Source of the DNA: a virus
Direction: 5' to 3' (one strand)
DNA: 64,000 bases
IMG/VR virus record: IMGVR_UViG_3300023199_000127
Location: 32,001 to 96,000 of that record
The notes under the pieces are model-generated. The model was not told the origin of the DNA and ran no database searches. It saw only the letters and a list, made by a program, of their open reading frames with translations. Each line of letters starts with the position of its first letter. Position 1 is the stretch's first letter. Positions 47,395 through 56,680 of the stretch are shown here, in pieces. The position numbers were made by a program, and so were the translations under genes.

Positions 47395-48984
47395 ATGTTC
47401 AAGCTCCGCAATCCCAACCAGTCCCGCCTGGCTAACGCACGTCTAGGTATGTTCATGCAGCGCCTCCGTGAGAGCCTCACGGAGAGCGCCGACCTTTCTA
47501 CCCTCAGGCAGAAGATGGCTGAACTGTTCAAGCAGTTCTTTCAGTCTGGTGGGACCACTAACATCGATCTTGATAGAGTCCTGCTCAGTAAGACAGCACT
47601 TCCCTCTGTCCGTGAGTGGAACGAGCTCATGGACATGATCGAGAACGATATCACTGCTGGCTTCCAGGAGCTCGAGGCCCTGAACGAGATGGCTGTTGCC
47701 GCCAGCAATATGGGATCTGTGCTGGTTAATGACCTGCGCGAGCGAGTCTCCGTTGCGGCTTCCAAGGTCATTGATGTCAGGCTCAAGAGTGGACAGTTGA
47801 ACGAGCAGCTGATTGTAGCCGGCGACGACTTCAATGATCTGTCACTGGTGGATGTGAACTTCGCCCTCCAGAACCCTCAGGCACAGGTTATTACTGGTCA
47901 GGGTGCAGTGACGCTAGCCAGAGCAGAAGCGCTCAATCTGATCAACCCGGATAATGTCCAGGTGCAGGTCAAGCCGCTGAATCAGAACATCACCACAGGG
48001 CCTACTCCCGACAACACCAACCGTTTCTATGAGGGGAACTTCTTCGACTTCCTTGGCAAGGCTCGCCCTGAAGGTGGTCAGTTCCACCTCGAGGAGAAAG
48101 CGAAGCCCGGCGTAGCTCGTCAGGGTGACGGTGGTATTCGTGTCCTGGACCTCGAGCAAGGTGGTTTCTTCGATCAGGTAGGGGATCTGCGACGTCTCAA
48201 CGAAGACGTTAACAGAGACGGCCTGCCCTATAAGCCCGAAGACATCCTGGTCATTGATCGTGGGGCCACTCAGGAAGAGAAAGCCGAACAGCGTCGTAAG
48301 ATGCTGGACGGCAACCCCGATACCTTCTGGGAGTGTGAAGTGGTGCAGCGTGCTGAGGAGCTCAGCCGGCTTGCACGCGGCAATCCCATCGAAGGCACCA
48401 ACGGCAACCCGGATGACCGATACTTCATTCAGGAGTATGCCAAGGGCGCTATAGACGCCCTTCTGCCTAACTCGGCACAGCCTAGCTCCTCGAATGTCCT
48501 TCGGGAGCCGGAACCCCTGGATGATCCTGCCACTCCCGACACACTGAGGGCTAAGGCAGCTTCCGCAGAGATCGATAGATTCGATCTTGAGATCGAGATC
48601 CAGCTCAGACTGCCGTCTCCTCAGCCACTGAACTTCCTGACGCTGAATCCATACAACTTCGACGAGACTGCATGGCTGGAAGTCTTCGAAATCTCCACTT
48701 CTCCCGATGAGAGCTCGGCCTTTGAGCTGATCGAGGGGTTCGCGACCAACCAGTTCGAGAACACCCTAACCGATGAGGCCAATGAAGAGCTGTCCCCGGA
48801 AGAGGCCAAGGTGGTCCTGTCTCCCAACCGATATGCCTACAGGGGCCAGGGTTTCTGGAGCTTCCCGGTACGTACCGTGCGACTGATCAAGTTCAAGATC
48901 CGGCAGAGAACGCCAGTCCCTAACCCGTACCAGCGCGTGATTGTTCAGCTTCGTCGACAGTTGACGAAGACCGTGAGTAAGTAA
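47395..48984 (+). CDS. Structural paralog B, N-terminal part (529 aa)
   Basis: KMLDGNPDTFW matches paralog A. Ends before the Y..GI..I strand that completes the domain in A. Confidence 0.6.
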   Translation: MFKLRNPNQSRLANARLGMFMQRLRESLTESADLSTLRQKMAELFKQFFQSGGTTNIDLDRVLLSKTALPSVREWNELMDMIENDITAGFQELEALNEMAVAASNMGSVLVNDLRERVSVAASKVIDVRLKSGQLNEQLIVAGDDFNDLSLVDVNFALQNPQAQVITGQGAVTLARAEALNLINPDNVQVQVKPLNQNITTGPTPDNTNRFYEGNFFDFLGKARPEGGQFHLEEKAKPGVARQGDGGIRVLDLEQGGFFDQVGDLRRLNEDVNRDGLPYKPEDILVIDRGATQEEKAEQRRKMLDGNPDTFWECEVVQRAEELSRLARGNPIEGTNGNPDDRYFIQEYAKGAIDALLPNSAQPSSSNVLREPEPLDDPATPDTLRAKAASAEIDRFDLEIEIQLRLPSPQPLNFLTLNPYNFDETAWLEVFEISTSPDESSAFELIEGFATNQFENTLTDEANEELSPEEAKVVLSPNRYAYRGQGFWSFPVRTVRLIKFKIRQRTPVPNPYQRVIVQLRRQLTKTVSK

Positions 48985-49003
48985 TTCTGGGTAGAAATGT
49001 TGA

Positions 49004-49035
49004 GATCCTTTCTGACTCCGGGTTAGGATAGGATC
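49004..49035 (+). other. Stem-loop within the insert that splits paralog B
   Basis: GATCCT/AGGATC plus TTCTGAC/GTTAGGA pairing with one bulge. Confidence 0.5.
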
Positions 49036-49049
49036 CAAGGTAGACGTAG

Positions 49050-49241
49050 ATGGCAATCAAGAAGATCACCTTCGCAGCCCGCGGGACCAATTTCCTGCGC
49101 GTGACTGAGACCCTCGATACATACGAGATCGCGTATGTAAGCGATGGCCCCGTCATTCAACTGCACCATGATCCGGACACCATCACTCGTCTGCTTGCCG
49201 ATATTCATATTGAAGGCTGGCAGGTGAGAGATGGGGACTAA
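49050..49241 (+). CDS. Small hypothetical protein inside the insert (63 aa)
   Basis: AAGG SD. Its stop overlaps the start of 49231. Confidence 0.55.
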   Translation: MAIKKITFAARGTNFLRVTETLDTYEIAYVSDGPVIQLHHDPDTITRLLADIHIEGWQVRDGD

Positions 49242-49968
49242 GACCTACTTCCAGTCCCTCACTCGAGAAGTCCGGTTCTCGTATCTCCAGACGTTGCAGC
49301 TGGTCTCCGACCAGGTCAACGCTGGAGAGCTTGCTGGTGAGACGCAGGGTTTCTCGCTAAGCGCCAACCGCACTAAGGGTGGGCGTTCCGGGTTCCTGGG
49401 CATTGGCGCCAAAGGCGCATCTTCCTCCTCCGTTTCCGTAGATGATTCAGGATGGATCATCTCTCGTACATGGCAGGAGACCTTCTACGATCGCATTCGG
49501 TACTCCATCGGCATTCGTGACATCGGTGCCTTCTCGTACCGCTTCGAGCCGAGCTCAGAACTCGTCTCTCTGCCTTTCCGTTCACCCAGGGAGCTCCTTA
49601 AGATAGAGCTCAGGGTGGATGAGTTCATCCCCAGTGTCCTGCCGAACAACCGTAGGTGGATCGAGTACTACGTATCCATTGATAACGGACAGGACTGGAT
49701 CAGGATGAATCCGCTGGATCATCCGACGCTCTTCAACGACGCCGGCAATATCGTCCCGCGGACCCTTACTCTCAATCTTGATGACGGTGGTCCGCAAGGT
49801 GATGCCGTCACCGCAATGAAGACGGAGCGGCCTGTGTACGAAGCCAGGTTCCGGGCTGTCTTCTTTAATGATCCCACGTTGCCGGACGGGGATCGCTTCA
49901 GCCCGGTACTAAAGGGGTATCGACTGTTGATGCTGCCGAGAGGTGGCCTTAGTGATGCCGGCATCTAA
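49231..49968 (+). CDS. Structural paralog B, C-terminal part (245 aa)
   Basis: Same frame as 47395. RYSIGIRDIG..FEP..IELRVDE..IEYYVSIDNG..FSPVLKGYRL matches the C-terminal half of paralog A. Confidence 0.6.
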   Translation: MGTKTYFQSLTREVRFSYLQTLQLVSDQVNAGELAGETQGFSLSANRTKGGRSGFLGIGAKGASSSSVSVDDSGWIISRTWQETFYDRIRYSIGIRDIGAFSYRFEPSSELVSLPFRSPRELLKIELRVDEFIPSVLPNNRRWIEYYVSIDNGQDWIRMNPLDHPTLFNDAGNIVPRTLTLNLDDGGPQGDAVTAMKTERPVYEARFRAVFFNDPTLPDGDRFSPVLKGYRLLMLPRGGLSDAGI

Positions 49969-49977
49969 GGGGTAGAT

Positions 49978-51129
49978 ATGGACAAGCGTACGCGTAAGGC
50001 ACTCGCAAAGAAATTCCCGGAGGAGATGAAGCGTAGCTTCCTCTGCACTTCGGGAGATGAGGAGAAGTTGGCTCTTCTCCAGTTCCGGGACAAGAACGAG
50101 ATTCCGGAACCCTCTCCCAAGGAGAGGGTGCAGACTGACATCCAGATGCGCACCCTCGAGCAGAAAAACAAGAAGCTCTCGAAGCACAACCGTGATCTGG
50201 TGGACCAGTTCCGGGAAATGCAGGAGCAGATGGATGTGATGTCTATGCTGCCTAAGCCCCAGCGGGTGAAGACCGGCATTAAGTCGCGTCATGGCGCAGG
50301 TGTGGATGAGGCAGTCGCAGTCTTCGTGACTAGCGACTGGCACATCGAAGAGCAGGTTGATCCCTCTACGATCAGCGGCATGAACGAGTACACTCCTGAG
50401 ATCGCCGGAAAGCGTCTCACCAAGATGTGGGAGAGCGCTCTCCGCTGTGTTGATAAGGAGCGTAGTATCTCCAAGATCGACACCATGGTTTGCGCTGTCA
50501 TCGGAGACCTTATCACCGGCTTCATTCATGATGAGCTGGTGGAGAGTAACTGGCTGCACCCGCTCGAGGCTCTCGAGCTGGCACAGAACCATTTGATCGA
50601 TGGACTGTCCTTCCTTGCTGATCACGGCAAGTTCAAGGAAATCGTGGTTCCCTGCTGTTTCGGCAACCATGGTCGTACTACGACCAAGCGCCGCGTCTCT
50701 ACGGCTGCGAAGAACAACTACGAGTGGTTCATGTACCGACAGGTCGCGAAGTACTTCGAGGGAGACAAGCGCTTCCGCTTCCTCCTGACGGATGGCTACT
50801 TCATCACCGAGGACATCATGGACACTCGTGTCCGGTTCCACCACGGAGATAACGTGCGCTACTACGGTGGAGTTGGTGGTCTCACCATTCCCCTGAACAA
50901 GTCGATCCAGCAGTGGAACAAGAACAACCCGCGTCCTGCAGACTATGATGTGCTGGGGCATTACCACCAGCTACAGTTCACGCCGGACGCAATGATCAAT
51001 GGCAGTGTCGTTGGATACAACCCGTACGCCCTGTCTATCAAGGCACGCTACGAGCCGCCCCAACAGGGTCTGTTCCTCGTGGCCAAGGATCATGGCCCCA
51101 CGTGCTTTAACCGCGTGTGGGTGGAGTAG
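49978..51129 (+). CDS. Calcineurin-like metallophosphoesterase with N-terminal coiled coil (383 aa)
   Basis: SDWH, GDLITG, GNHG, HHGD and GHYH metal-binding motifs, all in order. Confidence 0.85.
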   Translation: MDKRTRKALAKKFPEEMKRSFLCTSGDEEKLALLQFRDKNEIPEPSPKERVQTDIQMRTLEQKNKKLSKHNRDLVDQFREMQEQMDVMSMLPKPQRVKTGIKSRHGAGVDEAVAVFVTSDWHIEEQVDPSTISGMNEYTPEIAGKRLTKMWESALRCVDKERSISKIDTMVCAVIGDLITGFIHDELVESNWLHPLEALELAQNHLIDGLSFLADHGKFKEIVVPCCFGNHGRTTTKRRVSTAAKNNYEWFMYRQVAKYFEGDKRFRFLLTDGYFITEDIMDTRVRFHHGDNVRYYGGVGGLTIPLNKSIQQWNKNNPRPADYDVLGHYHQLQFTPDAMINGSVVGYNPYALSIKARYEPPQQGLFLVAKDHGPTCFNRVWVE

Positions 51130-51135
51130 GTAAAC

Positions 51136-51220
51136 TGATGCCCTCTACGGAGGGTATCACGCCATCTACCCCCAGCTGCAGGCCCCCGGGGGTGGTCCCC
51201 GGGGTGCCTGTCAGCGCTGG
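51136..51220 (+). promoter_or_regulatory. Tandem intergenic RNA hairpins
   Basis: TGATGCCCTC-TACG-GAGGGTATCA (cUACGg tetraloop), then a long GC stem at about 51172-51220. No U-tract. Confidence 0.5.
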
Positions 51221-51228
51221 AGAAGAGA

Positions 51229-51575
51229 TGAACGAAGAAACTGAATTCAACCCTGAGCCCAACGAAGATCGCATCAAGCTAGCCGACAAAGCTCGTGAAG
51301 AGTTCGAGGCCATGCTTGCTCTCATTTCTGACGAGCATCTTGATGCCATGGTGAACACTCTCGAAAAGGCCACGTTGGACTTTGCTAGGCACAACATACT
51401 CGCTTACGCCCTACTTGAGCGGAATGGGCTCGACAATATGGGCATGGCCCTAGGCCATATCATCGCCAGCTTCCAGGATCTGGGGGCAAGAATGATCAAC
51501 GATCTGGATACCGACGAGGAGACCTACGATCCTACTTGGCGTGGACGTCCTCGATCCACTCACCGTGAGGCGTAG
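51229..51575 (+). CDS. Acidic hypothetical protein (start moved to ATG 51229, MNEETEF)
   Basis: GGAGAAGAG SD before ATG 51229. The ORF track's longer N-terminus runs through the hairpins. Confidence 0.55.
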
Positions 51576-51584
51576 AATTACAGC

Positions 51585-54467
51585 ATGGGAATCGCGAAGC
51601 GGCAGTTCGACACTCTGACGGCTGATGGCGTCCTGGAGGCACTCCAGGCCGGCCGTATGCCCTCTCTCCGTGAGCTGGCTGCGGGAGTCTCCAAGCTGAC
51701 AGAACGCCCTGACGGGCCTGGTATGCCCCTTATGAGGGTGCGTCCGCAGGCTCGCCGGCGCCAATGGGACGTGGAGGGGTTCAATAAGACCCTCACGGAG
51801 CTCGAATTCGACCTGTCCCTCTTCTTCGAGGAAACCCTAGCGCTGGGTAATGAGATCCTGGCACGTCACAATTTCCAGATGGCGTCCTATAGATCCCAGA
51901 GCCGGCAGCTAGAAAAGCTGCTCGGCTCACTGGACAACTTGCTGTTTGTCACGAAGAATGCTGACGATCGGTTCTTTGGATTGTTCGACAACTTCGCAGA
52001 TCTCAGCAAGCTTAACCTGGATCTGACTACAAAGGACTGCATCGATCTAGATGAGCAGGTGGCTCTACTGCCTGCTGGATTGCAGTCTGCTAGGAAACTG
52101 GAGATGACCCATCTGTTCTCCAAGGCTACCTGGGGTGTGACCCCGTCGGTGACCGAGGGAGTCCGGGTGCTCAATAACAAGGCGGGAGCGGATGCACCGT
52201 TTGGTAACGCGTTCCAGGACCTCGTGAATGTCTGGCGTCAAGACGTGGTGGTGGACCGGCCTGTGCCGGTGACTATAGAGTTCACTGTTCCCATTTCCGG
52301 GATCAAGACTCAGCAGGTGTCGATTACGCGGGTAAAGCTCGCTCCGCATCTGACCCGGCCAATGAAGGTACAGGTTTTGACCAGTACTGATGGCGTCAAC
52401 TTCCTCAGTCTCGGGGAGGCTATGGTTCTGAAGCGTACTGATCGTGTGAGAAACCTCGACGTCCCGAGCACCCGGGTTCGCTTGGTCCGATTCAAGTGTA
52501 CACTGGATACACCTGACGAGCAGCTAGAGGATGGAAACTATCGGTACTCGTTTGGCTTCCAGCATATTGGCTTCTACACAATGGGGCGTGCTACACAAGC
52601 TGAGCTAGTGTCTGTAGCCGACAGGCCGCAGAACATGTCTGGACCCATCTCCAAGGTGTCTCTGGTGGCTGAGGAAGATATCCCTGCTGGATGCCAGATC
52701 GACTACTTTGTAGCCAGGGCGAACGCTGATGGCGATCGCCTGGATGACTGGCGTCCTATCTCTCCACAGAATCGTGGTGTTGCAGAACATCCTTTGGTTA
52801 TCGAGTTTGCCCAGGCTAATACTGTGCGTCGGCTCATCAGAGCCGATAGCGCACAGGTACATAGCACCCGTAAGAGTGCTAGTTTCTATAGGCTGGAGCC
52901 CGACAGTCTTCTGACTGAGGACATCATCTTTGGATCTGCCAAGCTCCTGCGTGGCAGGAATGCATGGGTGCGTAATACCCGACGGGATCGCATTCTTCGA
53001 TCCGTGAACGATGCCTACATCTCATTTAATGACGGAAACACGCAGAACATCTATGCGGTAGTCAAGGAAGTCGCCTCAATCTCCGCGAAGGACTACAACG
53101 ATGAAGCTGTGAGCTGGCTTGAGATCGACCAGGTTGTAGACTACAACGCTGCTCTGATGGATCTCATCCCTGGTGACAACGTCGACGTGAATACGGATCA
53201 GACTCCGAACTATGCGGTCTACTCTGTAAAGCGATTCCGTCAGACCATGTCTATCTCCAATGAGGAGATTACTCTGACTGGTCTTGCCCTGCAGAGCCTG
53301 GCTCATCCCAAGATCATTCGCACTGGTGCCTCCGCACCAGTGGTTACGAATGATGCAAGTACTGTCACGTACACAGAGGGTGTTGACTATGTCTTCCAAG
53401 AAGATGCGAATGGTGCAATCCAGATCAAGCGTGCATCTGGAACCACCATTAGCTCCGGTGCTACGGTCAAGGTGTCATACACCATTGACCCCGACATCAC
53501 CTCGCTAGTCGAGGCGGTTTACCAGAACAACGTGATTCTTAAGGTGAACTTGGAGGCTGAGGACGATGAGCGCTTCGAGGTCCAGTACCGCTTTGTTCCG
53601 ACGGGCGCCAATGAAATCGTGAAGAGCACCATTAAGGTGACTGAAAAGTATGGCCCCGACTCTGGCAAGCAGTACAACGAAGGCCCCGACTACGCTATTG
53701 ATCTCATCAACGGCAAGATCACTCGTGTCCCCCAAGGTGATATCCAGGGTGCTGGTGCAGACGCGGATGCCCAGATTGCTGCCTATGTAGACTTCAAGTA
53801 CATCGAGACTCCGAAGGTCCTAGACACTTTCTCGGCCTGGGTGTATGTAGAGAGCTCTACTCCTGTACAGTTTGAATTCAGCTCGCTCAGCCTCGACACC
53901 GAGGCCGGTGAGCGTGTGACCATTCTAACTGGTGGGGAAACCCAGGACATCTCGGAGCTCACAGAGAGCCCCGAGTTGCCCAATGGGTGGCACCAGGTCA
54001 TCGTCAAGTCCAAGGATCCCGACTCGTTCTCTGATGCCGCGATCCGCAAGATCACTGCTCTCTTCGACACGGACAATAACCCCGTGTTCTTGGCTGGTGG
54101 CAGATACTTCAGCCGGCTTACTGCTGAAAGACAGCCGATGCGTCAGGTCACCATCGAGTTCCTGCGTACTGCAGTGCTCCCTCAGGACCACACAGCTTTT
54201 GCCATCGACAATGATGGCTCTGTGGTGGTCAATTTCGAACCTGGTGCAACCAGCGACTTGTTTCTCTATGGTCTCCGCTACTCTCCTTCTACTGAAACCT
54301 ATGCTGCAGGTACTTTCGATGAAGAGTTCGATCTGGAATACAGATACCGGATCACCAACGCAGAGACTACGCAAAATATCATGTTCCGAGCCCTTCTCTC
54401 CCGTCGATCCAGTGCGGACAACGGGCTAACCCCGAAGCTTCGTCAGTACGCCCTAAGGATCGGGTAG
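51585..54467 (+). CDS. Structural paralog C (960 aa)
   Basis: Helical N-terminus; VQVLTSTDGVNF..VRLVRFK..YRYSFGFQHIG discoidin-like; ends LTPKLRQYAL. Confidence 0.6.
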   Translation: MGIAKRQFDTLTADGVLEALQAGRMPSLRELAAGVSKLTERPDGPGMPLMRVRPQARRRQWDVEGFNKTLTELEFDLSLFFEETLALGNEILARHNFQMASYRSQSRQLEKLLGSLDNLLFVTKNADDRFFGLFDNFADLSKLNLDLTTKDCIDLDEQVALLPAGLQSARKLEMTHLFSKATWGVTPSVTEGVRVLNNKAGADAPFGNAFQDLVNVWRQDVVVDRPVPVTIEFTVPISGIKTQQVSITRVKLAPHLTRPMKVQVLTSTDGVNFLSLGEAMVLKRTDRVRNLDVPSTRVRLVRFKCTLDTPDEQLEDGNYRYSFGFQHIGFYTMGRATQAELVSVADRPQNMSGPISKVSLVAEEDIPAGCQIDYFVARANADGDRLDDWRPISPQNRGVAEHPLVIEFAQANTVRRLIRADSAQVHSTRKSASFYRLEPDSLLTEDIIFGSAKLLRGRNAWVRNTRRDRILRSVNDAYISFNDGNTQNIYAVVKEVASISAKDYNDEAVSWLEIDQVVDYNAALMDLIPGDNVDVNTDQTPNYAVYSVKRFRQTMSISNEEITLTGLALQSLAHPKIIRTGASAPVVTNDASTVTYTEGVDYVFQEDANGAIQIKRASGTTISSGATVKVSYTIDPDITSLVEAVYQNNVILKVNLEAEDDERFEVQYRFVPTGANEIVKSTIKVTEKYGPDSGKQYNEGPDYAIDLINGKITRVPQGDIQGAGADADAQIAAYVDFKYIETPKVLDTFSAWVYVESSTPVQFEFSSLSLDTEAGERVTILTGGETQDISELTESPELPNGWHQVIVKSKDPDSFSDAAIRKITALFDTDNNPVFLAGGRYFSRLTAERQPMRQVTIEFLRTAVLPQDHTAFAIDNDGSVVVNFEPGATSDLFLYGLRYSPSTETYAAGTFDEEFDLEYRYRITNAETTQNIMFRALLSRRSSADNGLTPKLRQYALRIG

Positions 54468-54479
54468 ACTGGAGTCCCA

Positions 54480-55820
54480 ATGAGCAATCCGAGCGATATC
54501 GAGCTGTTCTTTACGCCCTCCATTGAGCGGGCTCGTTTCCCCTACCAGGGAACGATCCATTCCAAGGTTCTTGATGGCCTGGCAGAGCAGGCAGGCAATG
54601 ACCTAATTGGTCTTGGCGCTCTCCACAATGCTCTGGTGAGCCGCGTGTCCGCACAGGACGCCGCGGCACACCGTGACGTGAAGTTCCTCGCCAAGCAAGT
54701 GAGTGACCTCATGGAGGAGCTCAAGTACCAGCGACAGGTGCGTTCCGAAAATGGTGTTCGTATCACCAACTGGCACACCTTCCGTGACACTGGCCCCATC
54801 AGCTTCCTCTCCGGCACCCCTTTGAGCCGGCGAGCAATGGTGGACGGTTTGTTCGGGGAGGCTACGGTGCCCCTGAACGCTATCCAGTCCAAGTTCTACA
54901 GCACCAGCCCTCGCACGGGTCGAATCATCCCCGATGATGACTTGTCGATCGATGTGACTGGCTCGTTCGATAAACAGGATGGCGATGGTGTAGTTGATCG
55001 GGAATACACCAGCCAGCAGACGCGGTTGGACGAGGGCACCCCGTCATACGCCTTCAATGGCACTAACCTTGACCGGTGGGTCCGTCGGATCGAGTTCGAT
55101 CTCGACTCCGACGTGGACTCAGTGGAGACTCAGATCACCGTTCGTGTGCCCCCGAGCCAGAACCCGGAGTCCAACGTCCTGACCATCAACCCGCATCCGG
55201 TGGGCTGCATCGACATCCTTGGTCTGTTCACCGCCCCGGACCTCTCGGACTCATTCACACAGGTTTCCAGCTTCTCTTCAGTGGAGAGTACGTGGGCCCG
55301 TAGATGGTTCTTCCCTGCAGCGCAGGTGCAGCAGATCCGTATCTGGCTGCGCCAGCGCAACTGGGTGGAAGAGAACGGTAAGAAGGTCTTCTACATTGGC
55401 GCCGAAGAGATCGGTCTCTTCCTTGCTGACTGGGACAAGACCTATGAGGCCGCTGGTGAGCTCACGGACAATCACTCTGTGGTCACGCGCGTCGACGCTC
55501 CCTCTGGCTACCGATTTGCCACTCTGCACAACTTCCGCACGGATCCCTTCTTCACTCTCGAAGACGATGGTAGCCGGCATCTGCACTTCCAGATTGCTAC
55601 TGACGAAGCATTCACCAACGTGGTATGGGATTCCGACTCAGACGCCCTGCCCCAGACCCTGTCCCAGGGCCTGGCACTGGGCGGCACCTCTGGTGTTCTC
55701 TATGTACTCAGCACCCTGAACTGGGTGCAGTCGAGCGGTGGGGTCAGCTCCCCGTTCGAGGTCAACACTCCGCCGTACCTCCGAGGCTTCGGTCTCGAGA
55801 CGTCGGTGGTGGAGGAGTAA
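54480..55820 (+). CDS. Structural paralog D (446 aa)
   Basis: GGAG SD. YAFNG..RW; VQQIRIWLRQ..FYIGAEEIG; ends TPPYLRGFGL. Confidence 0.55.
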   Translation: MSNPSDIELFFTPSIERARFPYQGTIHSKVLDGLAEQAGNDLIGLGALHNALVSRVSAQDAAAHRDVKFLAKQVSDLMEELKYQRQVRSENGVRITNWHTFRDTGPISFLSGTPLSRRAMVDGLFGEATVPLNAIQSKFYSTSPRTGRIIPDDDLSIDVTGSFDKQDGDGVVDREYTSQQTRLDEGTPSYAFNGTNLDRWVRRIEFDLDSDVDSVETQITVRVPPSQNPESNVLTINPHPVGCIDILGLFTAPDLSDSFTQVSSFSSVESTWARRWFFPAAQVQQIRIWLRQRNWVEENGKKVFYIGAEEIGLFLADWDKTYEAAGELTDNHSVVTRVDAPSGYRFATLHNFRTDPFFTLEDDGSRHLHFQIATDEAFTNVVWDSDSDALPQTLSQGLALGGTSGVLYVLSTLNWVQSSGGVSSPFEVNTPPYLRGFGLETSVVEE

Positions 55821-55821
55821 T

Positions 55822-56052
55822 ATGCCCCTAATCCCCGACGATGAAGCTGCCGACCTGCTCGCACGTCACCAGCAGCTCGAGACTATCGTAGCTAGCATGA
55901 TGAAGACTGCAGCTGCTACGACCCAGATCAGCAACGTGTCCACAGAGATCGCCACGGAGGCCGCCAAGCTGGACGCGCTACGTGTGCGGCTCAATGCCGC
56001 ACTCGAGCGCCAGAATGACCACGAGGATCGCCTGGCTGCACTGGAAGCATAA
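55822..56052 (+). CDS. Small coiled-coil protein (76 aa)
   Basis: GGAGGAG SD before ATG 55822. Heptad pattern ending RLAALEA. Confidence 0.6.
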   Translation: MPLIPDDEAADLLARHQQLETIVASMMKTAAATTQISNVSTEIATEAAKLDALRVRLNAALERQNDHEDRLAALEA

Positions 56053-56264
56053 TGAGTGCTGCAGCAATCCGTGCTATCCAAACCACCGCACGTAAGACGT
56101 GGGGGACCTACCTGCAACAGCAGGACCTCCGCGATGTACTGCGGCGCAAGCGCCGCACACTGGAGGACATTCGTGAAAAGCGACGAGAGCTCGAAAAAGC
56201 AGTTGACCGACTCGAAAAGAGACTCGAGTCCGCAGACGCACGAATCACGGCACTCGAGCCTTAG
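56052..56264 (+). CDS. Small coiled-coil protein (70 aa)
   Basis: TAATG coupling. Ends RITALEP. Confidence 0.6.
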   Translation: MSAAAIRAIQTTARKTWGTYLQQQDLRDVLRRKRRTLEDIREKRRELEKAVDRLEKRLESADARITALEP

Positions 56265-56514
56265 GCTCCCGCCGGCTTCAGATGAGATTGACTGGGGCCT
56301 GGTCTCTACCAGGGAGCTCATCAAGGCTCTGAAGAAGCGCTGTGACGGCCTGATCCTCATCACGTACGAGCACAACAATGGTGAGGACTACGAGGGTGAC
56401 TTCAGCTATCACGGGTCTAAGACGATCCTGAGAGGCCTCAGGGACACCCTGATGGACGACCTCGCCCGGTTCTTCGGTGAGCTGCCTTCATACGACGACG
56501 AGGAGACGGCCTAG
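56173..56514 (+). CDS. Hypothetical protein; start uncertain (GTG 56173 overlapping the previous gene)
   Basis: C-terminal DEIDWGLVSTRELIKAL... looks protein-like. GGAGG lies 6 nt before GTG 56173. Confidence 0.4.
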   Translation: MKSDESSKKQLTDSKRDSSPQTHESRHSSLRLPPASDEIDWGLVSTRELIKALKKRCDGLILITYEHNNGEDYEGDFSYHGSKTILRGLRDTLMDDLARFFGELPSYDDEETA

Positions 56515-56680
56515 GCTCGCTTTGTCGGCCTTTACCCCCTCGTGGTACCTGTTCGGGTGAAATGCTCTCACAAAGCCTTCTAGAGGGTCTGGTAGTACCG
56601 AACTGATCCCTAACATATTGTGCCTGCAGGCATGTTAGTAAAGGAAAGGCACCCTCTCCTTTCATAAGCCGGCCGCTATG

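Noticed and set aside
48973-49230. Spliceosomal-like signals (GTGAGT/GTAAGT donor; an AG at 49229-49230 would give an in-frame 258-nt intron)
   Set aside because: The genome has prokaryotic SD sites and coupled operons, there is no polypyrimidine tract or branch point, and no other gene is interrupted.
48985-49236. Group I intron as the explanation for the split gene
   Set aside because: I could not find the P7 pairing or the conserved R/S elements by eye, and the internal ORF is not a recognisable homing endonuclease. An Infernal scan would be needed to exclude it fully.
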